Assembly: GCA_963692865.2 (NCBI GenBank)
Contig: OY843592.1
Span: 1,024,001-1,088,000, forward strand
DNA: 64,000 nt
Direction of reading: 5' to 3'
From: a bacterium
GTDB lineage: Bacteria; UBA8248
The position numbers and the translations under genes were made by a program. How positions within the stretch are numbered: the stretch's first letter is position 1; each line of letters starts with the position of its first letter. The notes under the pieces were generated by a model. The model was not told where the DNA came from and searched no databases. It was given only the letters and a program-made list of their open reading frames with translations. Below are positions 1-8,223 of this stretch, in pieces.

Positions 1-117
1 TTTGACCCCTGACAAGGGGGGGTAGGGGGGGGTTGGTTCCGACGAGGGGGGTTGGGGGTCGAACGCGCCCGGAGAGGGAGCGTTCGCTGCCCCGACGAAG
101 GCGCTTTCAACAACCCC
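1..117. repeat. End of an intergenic repeat mosaic (family A G-tract repeat plus right-hand TIR copy)
   Basis: GACCCCTGACAAGGGGGGGTAGGGGGGGG..GGTTCCGACGAGGGG recurs at about 6520-6570 (rc), 6880-6907, 15740-15778 and 58524-58552. TTTCAACAACCCC at 105-117 matches the TIR family. Confidence 0.8.
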
Positions 118-255
118 GATACGGGCGGAACTGTCGCGCTGGAAGCGGGAACGGGTCGCGCCCCGACCCTGCGGGCGAAGGTTGATGCGGCGGAGAGGTC
201 GATTCCCGATGAGAGAGGGATGACGGACCGGGCGGTTCGGCGGTTCGGCAAAAAC

Positions 256-284
256 TTGAACAAAGGCCCGAACGCGGTTAATCT
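256..284 (+). promoter_or_regulatory. Putative sigma70 promoter of the ATP-grasp operon
   Basis: TTGAAC-17 nt-TAATCT about 35 nt upstream of the ORF start. Confidence 0.35.
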
Positions 285-319
285 GTTTTCGCTTCACATA
301 TCGCATACGTTCGATACCC

Positions 320-1807
320 ATGGAGACGCGCATGGACACGGGGGCGGAGCCGCTCGCTCGGGCGCAGGATGAGGGGCCTTTCGCGGGATACGATATCGAT
401 TCCCGCTTCTACGACGAGATGTTCGACTCCGGCGGCGAGGCGCGCGCGGCGAGCGGGCGGCTCAGGGCCGCGCTCGCCGAACTCGATCCTGATGACCTGG
501 AAAAACTCCAGGAGGGCGTCTACCGCCGCTTTCTGTATGAGGGCATCACCTTCACGGTGCTCGACGCCGAGGAGGCCACCGAGCGGATCATCCCCATCGA
601 CTGCGTGCCGCGCCTGCTGACGGCGGCGGAGTGGGACCACGTCGAACGCGGCCTCAAGCAGCGCCTCATGGCGCTCAACCTCTTCCTGAAGGACGTCTAC
701 GGCGAGGGCCGCTGCCTGCGCGAGGGGGTGGTGCCGGTGGACCTCGTGCTCGGCTGTCCGCAATACCGCATGGAGATGCGGGGTCTCAAAGTCCCCCACG
801 ACGTCTACGTCGCCGTGTGCGGGACGGACATCGTCCGCACCCACGAGGGGTTCGCCGTGCTCGAGGACAACCTGCGCGTCCCCTCGGGCGTTTCCTACAT
901 GCTCGCCTGCCGGAACGCCATCAAGGACGTGCTGCCCAGGCTCTACCGCGAGCACCGCGTCCGCGAGGTGGCCGACTACGCCGAGCATCTCTATTCCACC
1001 CTCGCCTCCCTGGGCCACTCGCCGAGGGAGCCGAACGTGGCGGTGCTCACGCCCGGCATCTTCAATTCCGCCTACTACGAACACGCCTTTCTCGCGGGCG
1101 AGATGGGCGTCGACCTCGTCGAGGGGCAGGATCTGCTCGTGCGCGACGCCGCCCTTTACGCGCGCACGACGGCGGGGCTTCGCCGCATCGACGTGCTCTA
1201 CCGCCGCGTGGACGATGATTTTCTCGATCCGGTGACGTTCCGGGGCGATTCGTTCCTGGGCGCGGCGGGGCTCTTCCACGCCTACCGCGCGGGGAACCTC
1301 GTGCTCGCCAACGCGCCGGGGACCGGCGTGGCGGACGACAAGAGCATCTACGCCTACGTTCCCGGGATCATCCGCTATTTCCTGGACGAGGAGCCGATAC
1401 TCGCCAACGTCGAGACGCACCTTTGCCGCGAGCCCGAGGGGCTGGCCTACACGCTGGAGCATCTCGACGAACTGGTGGTGAAGGAGGTGGGCGGTTCGGG
1501 CGGCTACGGGATGCTGGTCGGCCCCCACGCCGCCGTGGCCGAGCGTGCGGCCTACGCCGAGCGGCTGCGCGCGGACCCGTCGAACTTCATCGCCCAGCCC
1601 ACGCTCGCGCTCTCGCGCTCGCCGTGCTTCGTCGAGGGGGGCATCGAGCCGCGCCACGTGGACCTGCGCCCCTTCGTGCTCCAGGGGCGCGATGAGCAGC
1701 ACGTGGTTCCGGGCGGGTTGTGCCGCGTCGCGCTCCGGCGCGGCAGCCTCGTCGTGAACTCGAGCCAGGGCGGGGGGTGCAAGGACACCTGGGTGCTGGA
1801 GGGGTAG
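320..1807 (+). CDS. Circularly permuted type 2 ATP-grasp protein (DUF404/DUF407)
   Basis: Motifs EDNLRVPSGVSY, NSAYYEH, YRRVDDDFLDP, NAPGTGVADDK, GSGGYGM, VVNSSQGGGCKDTWV. Start may be ATG 332. Confidence 0.93.
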   Translation: METRMDTGAEPLARAQDEGPFAGYDIDSRFYDEMFDSGGEARAASGRLRAALAELDPDDLEKLQEGVYRRFLYEGITFTVLDAEEATERIIPIDCVPRLLTAAEWDHVERGLKQRLMALNLFLKDVYGEGRCLREGVVPVDLVLGCPQYRMEMRGLKVPHDVYVAVCGTDIVRTHEGFAVLEDNLRVPSGVSYMLACRNAIKDVLPRLYREHRVREVADYAEHLYSTLASLGHSPREPNVAVLTPGIFNSAYYEHAFLAGEMGVDLVEGQDLLVRDAALYARTTAGLRRIDVLYRRVDDDFLDPVTFRGDSFLGAAGLFHAYRAGNLVLANAPGTGVADDKSIYAYVPGIIRYFLDEEPILANVETHLCREPEGLAYTLEHLDELVVKEVGGSGGYGMLVGPHAAVAERAAYAERLRADPSNFIAQPTLALSRSPCFVEGGIEPRHVDLRPFVLQGRDEQHVVPGGLCRVALRRGSLVVNSSQGGGCKDTWVLEG

Positions 1808-1836
1808 TCATGCCCGACCGTGTCTACGGAATGATT

Positions 1837-2503
1837 GGGGCTGTTGCGAAGAAGGTTCTTATAAAACGAGATAGGGGCAGCGGGCTTGGCGGAACCCCTG
1901 AATCCTCATCCTGCGTAGGCGCGCAAGCGCCGTATCGAAGGTTTGACCCGACCGGGGAGGGAGGGTTAAAAGGCGCATCTCTCCGGCGGGCGCGAACGTC
2001 GCCCTTCGATACGCGGCTTCGCCGCTACTCAGGGTGAGGCGGAGCGGCGGGCGTGATTGGTTGTGTAGGGGCCGCATACATGCGGCCCATGACGAATGGC
2101 GAAAAGGCCGGGTCGCATGTATGCGACCCCTACAAAAACGTGGACGGTGGTGGTTCTGTAGGAGACGTATACGGGTTTATTGAAAAAGCCCCGGGAAGCG
2201 ATTTTGGGTTGCGCGCACGCTTTTGAAGTTCACTCCCCCCTTGAGGGGGAGTCGGTGAGGTGAGGGGGCTTTTCCCCCGAAACCGAACCGGTGGGGGGAG
2301 CTTTTATATTTTGGAGCGTGTCCCCCCACCGAATCGCTTGCGGGCATTCGCCCTTAGCTCTTCGTCGGGCTTTCCCCTCGGGAAGCCCGACCCTCAAGGG
2401 GGGAGTGGTTGGTTGGCGCTCTGCAAGGGTGAGTGGTTTCATAATGCGTATGTCGATTGAGGAATCCATTCCCTGATTTAGGGTAGGCTTTTTCAACAGC
2501 CCC
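1837..2503. repeat. Intergenic mosaic of palindromic repeats (families B, C, D) with TIR copies
   Basis: TIR-like ends at 1837, 2173 and 2489-2503. Family B at about 1898-2050, GTAG REP pair at 2065-2133, family D (CACTCCCCCCTTGAGGG..CCCTCAAGGGGGGAGTG) at 2231-2408. Confidence 0.85.
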
Positions 2504-2552
2504 TCTTCGGTAGGGATTGAACAACACAGGAACTGATTGCAAGGAGAGAATC

Positions 2553-3527
2553 ATGCTGGCTCGGGTCGCCGCCGATTTCTACTGGCTGGGCCGCTACGCC
2601 GAGCGCGTCGAGCAGACCGCGCGCCTTCTGGAATACCAGCTCACCCGCCTCGTCGATAGGCCCGCGGACGAGCTGGTCGTCGGGTGGGGGGCGATATACC
2701 GGGCGCTGGGCCAGCCCCCGCCCGGCGCGGCGTCGGGCCCCGAAGAGGCCGAGGCCTTCGTCATCCCCGACGCCTACACGCTGGCGGGCAACCTCGTGGA
2801 GGAGGGCGCGAACCCCGACTCCATCCTCTCGTGCTGGCGGCAAGCGCGCGAGAACGCCCAGCGCGTGCGCGCGCAGCTCCCGCTCTCGATATGGACGCGG
2901 CTCAACCAGGGCTATCTCTGGATGCGGGAGGTGGATTTCGCCGCAGAGTGGGCGCAGGCGCCGGCGCGGGTCGCGCGCGAGGTCATCGACCGCATGCGTC
3001 TTTTCGCGGGCGTGGTGCACTCGACGATGCCGCGCGACGACGCCTGGCGCTTTCTCGAACTCGGCCGCTTCATCGAGCGGGCGCAGCACCAGGCCGCGCT
3101 CCTGGGGGCGTGGGTCGAGTTCACGCGCGCGAGACGGGGCGTCGCCGCGCTTTCGTGGGCGGACTTGCTTCACGTGTGCGGCGCGTACGAGATCTACTGC
3201 CGCCGCCATTCGATGAAGGTCCGCCGGGCGGAAGCGCTCGGCTTCCTCGCCCGCGACCCCGAGCTTCCCCGCTCGCTGCGCTTCTCGGCGCAGCGCATCG
3301 AGGAGGCGCTCGCCGGCATCGACCCGCTGGGCGCGCGCTACCCGCTCGCGCCGCCGCACCGCATGGCGCTTCGCCTCACGGCGGCCATCGAGATGGAGGC
3401 GGGGGAGTCCGGCGAGGTGGACTCGGGGGCGTTCTTCCGCGCGATTGGGGGCGACATCCGCGCGCTGCACGACCTGGCGATGGCCGCCTACGTCAACCGC
3501 TCCCCGGCCGAGGAGATTCCGGCGTGA
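2553..3527 (+). CDS. Alpha-E domain protein (DUF403)
   Basis: MLARVAADFYWLGRYAERVE, ARENA, LGRFIERA, PRSLRF. RBS AAGGAG precedes ATG 2553. Confidence 0.92.
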   Translation: MLARVAADFYWLGRYAERVEQTARLLEYQLTRLVDRPADELVVGWGAIYRALGQPPPGAASGPEEAEAFVIPDAYTLAGNLVEEGANPDSILSCWRQARENAQRVRAQLPLSIWTRLNQGYLWMREVDFAAEWAQAPARVAREVIDRMRLFAGVVHSTMPRDDAWRFLELGRFIERAQHQAALLGAWVEFTRARRGVAALSWADLLHVCGAYEIYCRRHSMKVRRAEALGFLARDPELPRSLRFSAQRIEEALAGIDPLGARYPLAPPHRMALRLTAAIEMEAGESGEVDSGAFFRAIGGDIRALHDLAMAAYVNRSPAEEIPA

Positions 3528-4387
3528 TCGTGAACTGCACGGTCGAGCACGCCATGCGCTTCGACTACGAGACGCCCGTGCAGGTTTCGGTGATGACGCT
3601 CTACCTGCGTCCGCTCCGCGACCGCGCCCAGACCCTGCGTGAATTCTCGGTGCGCACCGACCCCGAGGGCCGGCTCTTCGAGTTCACCGACCCGTTCGGC
3701 AACGCCGCGCACTTTCTGGATCGCCCCCGCCCGCACCCGCGCTTCGAGGTGCGGGCGCGCTCGCGCGTCGAGGTGGGGCCGCTCGCCGCCGCTCCCGAGA
3801 GGCTCGACCCCGGCGCGGCGGACGCGCTTCGCCGCGCCGTCCGGACGCCCGAGTTCTGGCCGCTGGCGAACCCGAGCCGCTTCGTCCGCCCGAGCCCGGC
3901 GCTCGAGAGGTTCACGGCGGCCCACGGCATCGCGCTCGGGGACGACCCCCTCGTGAGCGCGCGCGCGCTTTGCGCGAAACTCCACGACGTCTTCGAGTAC
4001 ATTCCGGGCCACACCCGGGTGGACTCGCCCATCGAGGACATCCTCGAGACCGGGCGGGGCGTATGCCAGGACTACGCGCACGTGATGGCCTCCATCGTGC
4101 GCGGCTGGGGGGTTCCGTGCCGCTACGTGTCCGGCTATCTGGGCCCCGAAACCGCGGGAGAGGCGGACGGCGAGAGCCACGCCTGGGTGGAGTGCTGGTT
4201 TCCCGGCGTGGGGTGGGTCGGCTTCGACCCGACGAACGACACCGAGGGAGACGAGCGCCACGTGCGCGTGGCGGTGGGCCGCGACTACGCGGACGTTCCC
4301 CCGAGCCGGGGCGTGTTCCGGGGAAACGGCGCCACGAAGCTCGAGACCGAGGTCAAGATAGAGCGGCATCCGGAGGGTCAGGACTGA
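3524..4387 (+). CDS. Transglutaminase family protein
   Basis: GVCQDYAH, RYVSGYL, SHAWVE, GFDPTN, GRDYADV (Cys-His-Asp triad). The GTG start overlaps the alpha-E stop (GTGA). Confidence 0.92.
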   Translation: MIVNCTVEHAMRFDYETPVQVSVMTLYLRPLRDRAQTLREFSVRTDPEGRLFEFTDPFGNAAHFLDRPRPHPRFEVRARSRVEVGPLAAAPERLDPGAADALRRAVRTPEFWPLANPSRFVRPSPALERFTAAHGIALGDDPLVSARALCAKLHDVFEYIPGHTRVDSPIEDILETGRGVCQDYAHVMASIVRGWGVPCRYVSGYLGPETAGEADGESHAWVECWFPGVGWVGFDPTNDTEGDERHVRVAVGRDYADVPPSRGVFRGNGATKLETEVKIERHPEGQD

Positions 4388-4493
4388 GCGGCGGCGGGTC
4401 GAAGGCGGTTTCCTGCCTGCGCGGGTCGCCGCGCCGAGGCGTCGCTCACTGCGGGTTTTCAAGAATCATCCGATATCGACGGGAGAGGACGAA

Positions 4494-5375
4494 ATGCGAG
4501 CATCATCCAGGAAACTGTGCGCCGCCGCGGCCGCGCTGGCGATATGCGCCGTCTTGAGCGCGGCGGGAGCGAGCGCCGCCGAGGAGGCGAAGCCCACCGG
4601 CTGGTACCTGGGCTTGGGGCTGGGGATCAACAAGACTTCGGGCATGGAGCAGGCGGGCTGGAACCGCGACGACATCTGCTACCCCGAAGACGACTGCGGC
4701 CGCTTGCCCGGCGGCGCGCCCGGCGGCTACAGGTGGTACTACGACCTGGAGGCGGACGACGGCGCCGCGTTCGAGATTTCGGTCGGCCGCCGCTTCGGGG
4801 CGTTTCGCCTGGAACTGGCGCTCGCCCAGCGGAAAAACGACGTGATGGAGCAAAAATTCAAAGACCTCACCTATCTGGACGGCTCGCGCAGCGTGCGCCG
4901 CCCGGCGAGCAACTACCAAAACGATCCCGATACCCGTATCGACGATCTGACGACGCGCACCCTCTCGCTGAACGCCTACTACGACTTCCCGCTTTCGGGG
5001 GGCCGCTTCACGCCCTACCTGGGCGCGGGCGTGGGCGTTTCCTTCCTCGAGCTGGCGGGGGTGTATTATCGGTCGCGGTATTCGTGCAAGAACCCCGCGG
5101 CCGACTGCGACAATCCCGGACAGTACGACAGCCACCAGGACGAGGACTTGACCGACGCCGTCTTGTCCGCGCACCTGCACGCCGGCCTCGACTACCGCGT
5201 GAACGAAAAGATGCTGCTGGGCCTCAAGCTCACCTATTCCATGGTGGGCGACATGGAGGACGTCGAGGGCAGGTACGTGAAGCATCCCGTCCCCGGCCTT
5301 TCCAACTTCACCACGATCAGCGGCATGAACCACTTATCCTTGATGCTCGGGGTGAAATACTTCTTCGGGGAGTGA
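4494..5375 (+). CDS. Outer-membrane beta-barrel protein (Opa/Msp2/OmpA-like)
   Basis: Signal peptide, GWYLGLGLG, LNAYYDF, FTPYLGAGVG, C-terminal GVKYFF. Confidence 0.8.
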   Translation: MRASSRKLCAAAAALAICAVLSAAGASAAEEAKPTGWYLGLGLGINKTSGMEQAGWNRDDICYPEDDCGRLPGGAPGGYRWYYDLEADDGAAFEISVGRRFGAFRLELALAQRKNDVMEQKFKDLTYLDGSRSVRRPASNYQNDPDTRIDDLTTRTLSLNAYYDFPLSGGRFTPYLGAGVGVSFLELAGVYYRSRYSCKNPAADCDNPGQYDSHQDEDLTDAVLSAHLHAGLDYRVNEKMLLGLKLTYSMVGDMEDVEGRYVKHPVPGLSNFTTISGMNHLSLMLGVKYFFGE

Positions 5376-5439
5376 GTCTGGGGGGCTTCCGGAGCGCGGT
5401 GATGGGATTAGCGTCGCACACGAACGGAGGGTATGACCT

Positions 5440-6513
5440 GTGACGGGAATCTGGACGAAAAGCGGCGAAGAATGGGAATGGGGGAAGCCTCGCGCGTTCG
5501 AGGACGAGGCCGCTCTGCATGAGCTCATCAGGGAGAACCCGCAATTCCTGCCGCTCAGCGGCTCGCCCCGCCTCGTGGTTCTGGGTTCCGAAACGTGGCT
5601 GGGAAACGGATACGCGGACATCCTCGCGGTCGAATCCTCCGGCCGTCCCGCGATCATCGAGGTGAAGCTGGGGCGCAACCCCGAGGCGCGCAAGGCCATC
5701 GTGTCGCAGATTATCGCGTATGCGGCCTTCCTCCAGGGATTCAGTATCGAGGATCTCGAGCGGGGGCCTCTTCACAGGTTTCTGGCGGATGCGGGGCATG
5801 AATCCATATTTGATGCGGTGAAGGCCGAGGACCAGGAGGGGGCGGTGGATGCGGATTCGTTCACGGCCTCGCTGCAAGACCACCTTGGCTCAGGAAACTT
5901 CAGGCTGGTTCTCGTGTTGGACGACGTTCCGGCCGAACTGGAAAGGGTCGTCGCCTATCTGGACGCGATCACCGTCCAGACGCTGACGATCGACCTGATC
6001 ACGCTCAAGGTCTATGAAGTAGGTGGAGCGCAGGTCGCCCTGCCCCAGCGCGTCTCGCCCGATCCCGGCGCGTATCAACCCTCCGGCGGCTCCGGGTCCG
6101 CCGCGCCCCGGGGAAGGCTCACCGACGGGTCGGACGCATTTCGGGCTTCCACCGCCGACACCACCGGCGAGACCCGCGAGAAGTTCGACGAGTTGATCGC
6201 ATGGGCGGAGAAATTGGCCGCTTTGCCGAACGTGCGCCTCTCCACTTTCACGGGCGTCGAAAGCGAACGCTTCACCCTCCTGCCGCGCATCATGCCGGAC
6301 AACGCCGGCCTCGTGACCGTCTGGAACGACAAGCAGAAGCCCTACATGTCGGTGTGGCGGACGGTGTTCGAGCGGCGCGCGCCCAAGGCGCTCGAATCCG
6401 TGGAGCGAATCATCGAGCCGGACAGAATCGGGCAGGGAACCACGCTCAAGGAAATCACGCCAGGAATCCTCGAAGCGTTGACGCGGGCGTATGAGGAAGC
6501 GAGCGGAGGCTGA
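5440..6513 (+). CDS. PD-(D/E)XK nuclease-domain protein (NucS/EndoMS-like N-terminus)
   Basis: E..L..LI..NP, ADILAV..IIEVK and downstream Q...YA. The C-terminal domain was not recognised. Confidence 0.6.
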   Translation: MTGIWTKSGEEWEWGKPRAFEDEAALHELIRENPQFLPLSGSPRLVVLGSETWLGNGYADILAVESSGRPAIIEVKLGRNPEARKAIVSQIIAYAAFLQGFSIEDLERGPLHRFLADAGHESIFDAVKAEDQEGAVDADSFTASLQDHLGSGNFRLVLVLDDVPAELERVVAYLDAITVQTLTIDLITLKVYEVGGAQVALPQRVSPDPGAYQPSGGSGSAAPRGRLTDGSDAFRASTADTTGETREKFDELIAWAEKLAALPNVRLSTFTGVESERFTLLPRIMPDNAGLVTVWNDKQKPYMSVWRTVFERRAPKALESVERIIEPDRIGQGTTLKEITPGILEALTRAYEEASGG

Positions 6514-6515
6514 GT

Positions 6516-6910
6516 ACCCCCGCCCCCTTCGTCGGAACCACCCCCCCTACCCCCCCTTGTCAGGGGTCAATTTCGAGCGATGAGCGAGAAATTGCGTACC
6601 GGTGTGTTTCTCATCAATGGCTTATGCAAACGCTCGTTCCTCGGGGTTGTTGAAAAAACCCCATGCGGCGCAATCCCCTCCTCGCCCCGCCGCTCCGCCT
6701 CACCCTGAGTAGCGGCGAAGCCGCGTATCGAAGGGCGAAATTCGCGTCCCGCCGGTTGGATGCGTTCCCCCATCCTTCGATACGGCGCTTACGCGCCTAC
6801 TCGGGATGAGGAAAGAGGCGTCGGCGGTTTGCGGGGGTCGAAGACGGGGGTTTTTCAACAGCCCCGCCTCACTCGCGTTTGACCCCCGACAAGGGGGGTA
6901 GGGGGGTGCC
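6516..6910. repeat. Inverted family A pair enclosing a TIR element
   Basis: CCCCCCCTACCCCCCCTTGTCAGGGGTCAA (6541-6570) and its inverse (6880-6907). Confidence 0.8.
6643..6865. mobile_element. MITE-like TIR element carrying a family B repeat
   Basis: GGGGTTGTTGAAAAA..TTTTTCAACAGCCCC with flanks TCCTC/GCCTC (4/5 match). Confidence 0.7.
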
Positions 6911-6986
6911 TTAGCGGCCCCGAACAGAACCGCTTGAAACACTCCCCCGTGATCCTCAATCACCAAACACCTGCCCCCGCCCCGCG

Positions 6987-7015
6987 TTGACATCGCATCC
7001 TCCGGCGTCCAGAAT
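6987..7015 (+). promoter_or_regulatory. Putative sigma70 promoter of mqnE
   Basis: TTGACA-17 nt-CAGAAT. Confidence 0.5.
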
Positions 7016-7075
7016 GCGCCCGTGTTTCGCCGGTTGGATCGATTCTCCGATGAGACGATAAGCGGAAGGTGAACC

Positions 7076-8215
7076 ATGAGCCGGGACTTCATGCGCGCGC
7101 GCGTCTTAAGAGGCCCTCTGGGCGACATCCTCGAAAAAGTCGAGGCGGGGCTGCGCCTCACCTTCGATGAGGGCGTGCGCCTCTATGAGGCCGGGGACGT
7201 GAACGCCGTCGGCTATCTGGCGAACGTTGTGCGCGAGCGACTGCACGGGAACCGCACCTACTACAACGTGAACAGCCACATCAACTATTCGAACATCTGC
7301 GTGCTGTGGAAGGCGTGCAAGTTCTGCGCGTTCGGCAAGAAAGAGGGCCAGCAGGACGCCTATGCGTATTCGCTGGAGGAAATCTTCAGGATGGCGGAGA
7401 CGCTGGGCCGGGGCCGCACCGAGTTCCACATGGTGGGCGGCCTGCATCCCGATCTGCCCTTCGACTACTATCTGGAGATGATCCAGGGCATCAAGGAGAT
7501 GCACCCCCAGTTGCACCTCAAGGTCTTCACGGCGACGGAGATCCGCTTTCTCGCCGATCACGTCGCGAAGATGAGCGTCGAGGAGACGCTGGATCATCTC
7601 GTGCGCTCGGGGCTTGGTTCGCTCACGGGCGGAGGCGCGGAGATTTTCGCCGAACCCACGCGCTCCAGGATATGCAAGGGCAAGCACTCGGGCGAGGACT
7701 GGCTCGAAATCCACCGCATCGCCCACAACAAGGGCATCCGAAGCACCTGCACCATGCTCTACGGCCACGTGGAATCGAACGAGGACCGCGTGGACCACAT
7801 GCTGAGGCTCCGGGACCTGCAGGACGAGACCGGCGGGTTCACCACCTTCATCCCGCTCGCGTTCCACCCCGAGAACACGCAGATGGACGACATCCCCCCC
7901 ACGGGCGGGATGCTCGACATCAGGAACTACGCCGTCGGCCGTCTTCTGCTCGACAACATTCCCCACATCAAGGCCTACTGGATCATGGTGGGCCAGCCCG
8001 TCGCGCAAATCTCGCAGCGCTTCGGCGTGGACGACCTGGACGGCACCGTCGTTCAGGAGAAGATCTACCACATGGCGGGCGCGAAGACGCCGCACGAACT
8101 CACCGTGAACGACATCCGCCGCCTCATCAGAGAGGCGGGGCGCGAACCCGTCGAGCGCGACACGCTCTACCGCGAGGTCACGCGCCAGGGAGATCAATGG
8201 GCAGTCCACGCCTGA
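7076..8215 (+). CDS. mqnE: Aminofutalosine synthase MqnE (radical SAM)
   Basis: NYSNIC....CKFCAF, HMVGGLHPDL, TMLYGHVE, FIPLAFHPENT, HIKAYW, EKIYHMAGA. Adjacent to mqnA. Confidence 0.92.
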   Translation: MSRDFMRARVLRGPLGDILEKVEAGLRLTFDEGVRLYEAGDVNAVGYLANVVRERLHGNRTYYNVNSHINYSNICVLWKACKFCAFGKKEGQQDAYAYSLEEIFRMAETLGRGRTEFHMVGGLHPDLPFDYYLEMIQGIKEMHPQLHLKVFTATEIRFLADHVAKMSVEETLDHLVRSGLGSLTGGGAEIFAEPTRSRICKGKHSGEDWLEIHRIAHNKGIRSTCTMLYGHVESNEDRVDHMLRLRDLQDETGGFTTFIPLAFHPENTQMDDIPPTGGMLDIRNYAVGRLLLDNIPHIKAYWIMVGQPVAQISQRFGVDDLDGTVVQEKIYHMAGAKTPHELTVNDIRRLIREAGREPVERDTLYREVTRQGDQWAVHA

Positions 8216-8223
8216 GCAATCCC

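Noticed and set aside
1837-2503. CRISPR array in the repeat clusters
   Set aside because: No regularly spaced direct repeats with unique spacers and no cas genes. The repeats are inverted and heterogeneous.
1837-2508. Target-site duplication around the 1837/2173-2503 and 15371-15840 TIR pairs
   Set aside because: The 5-bp flanks do not match, so these were not counted as intact transposition products.
7306-8223. N-terminal 306 aa of the 1055-aa ORF
   Set aside because: It overlaps mqnE in another frame with Arg/Gly/Pro-rich shadow composition. MqnA similarity begins at ATG 8224.
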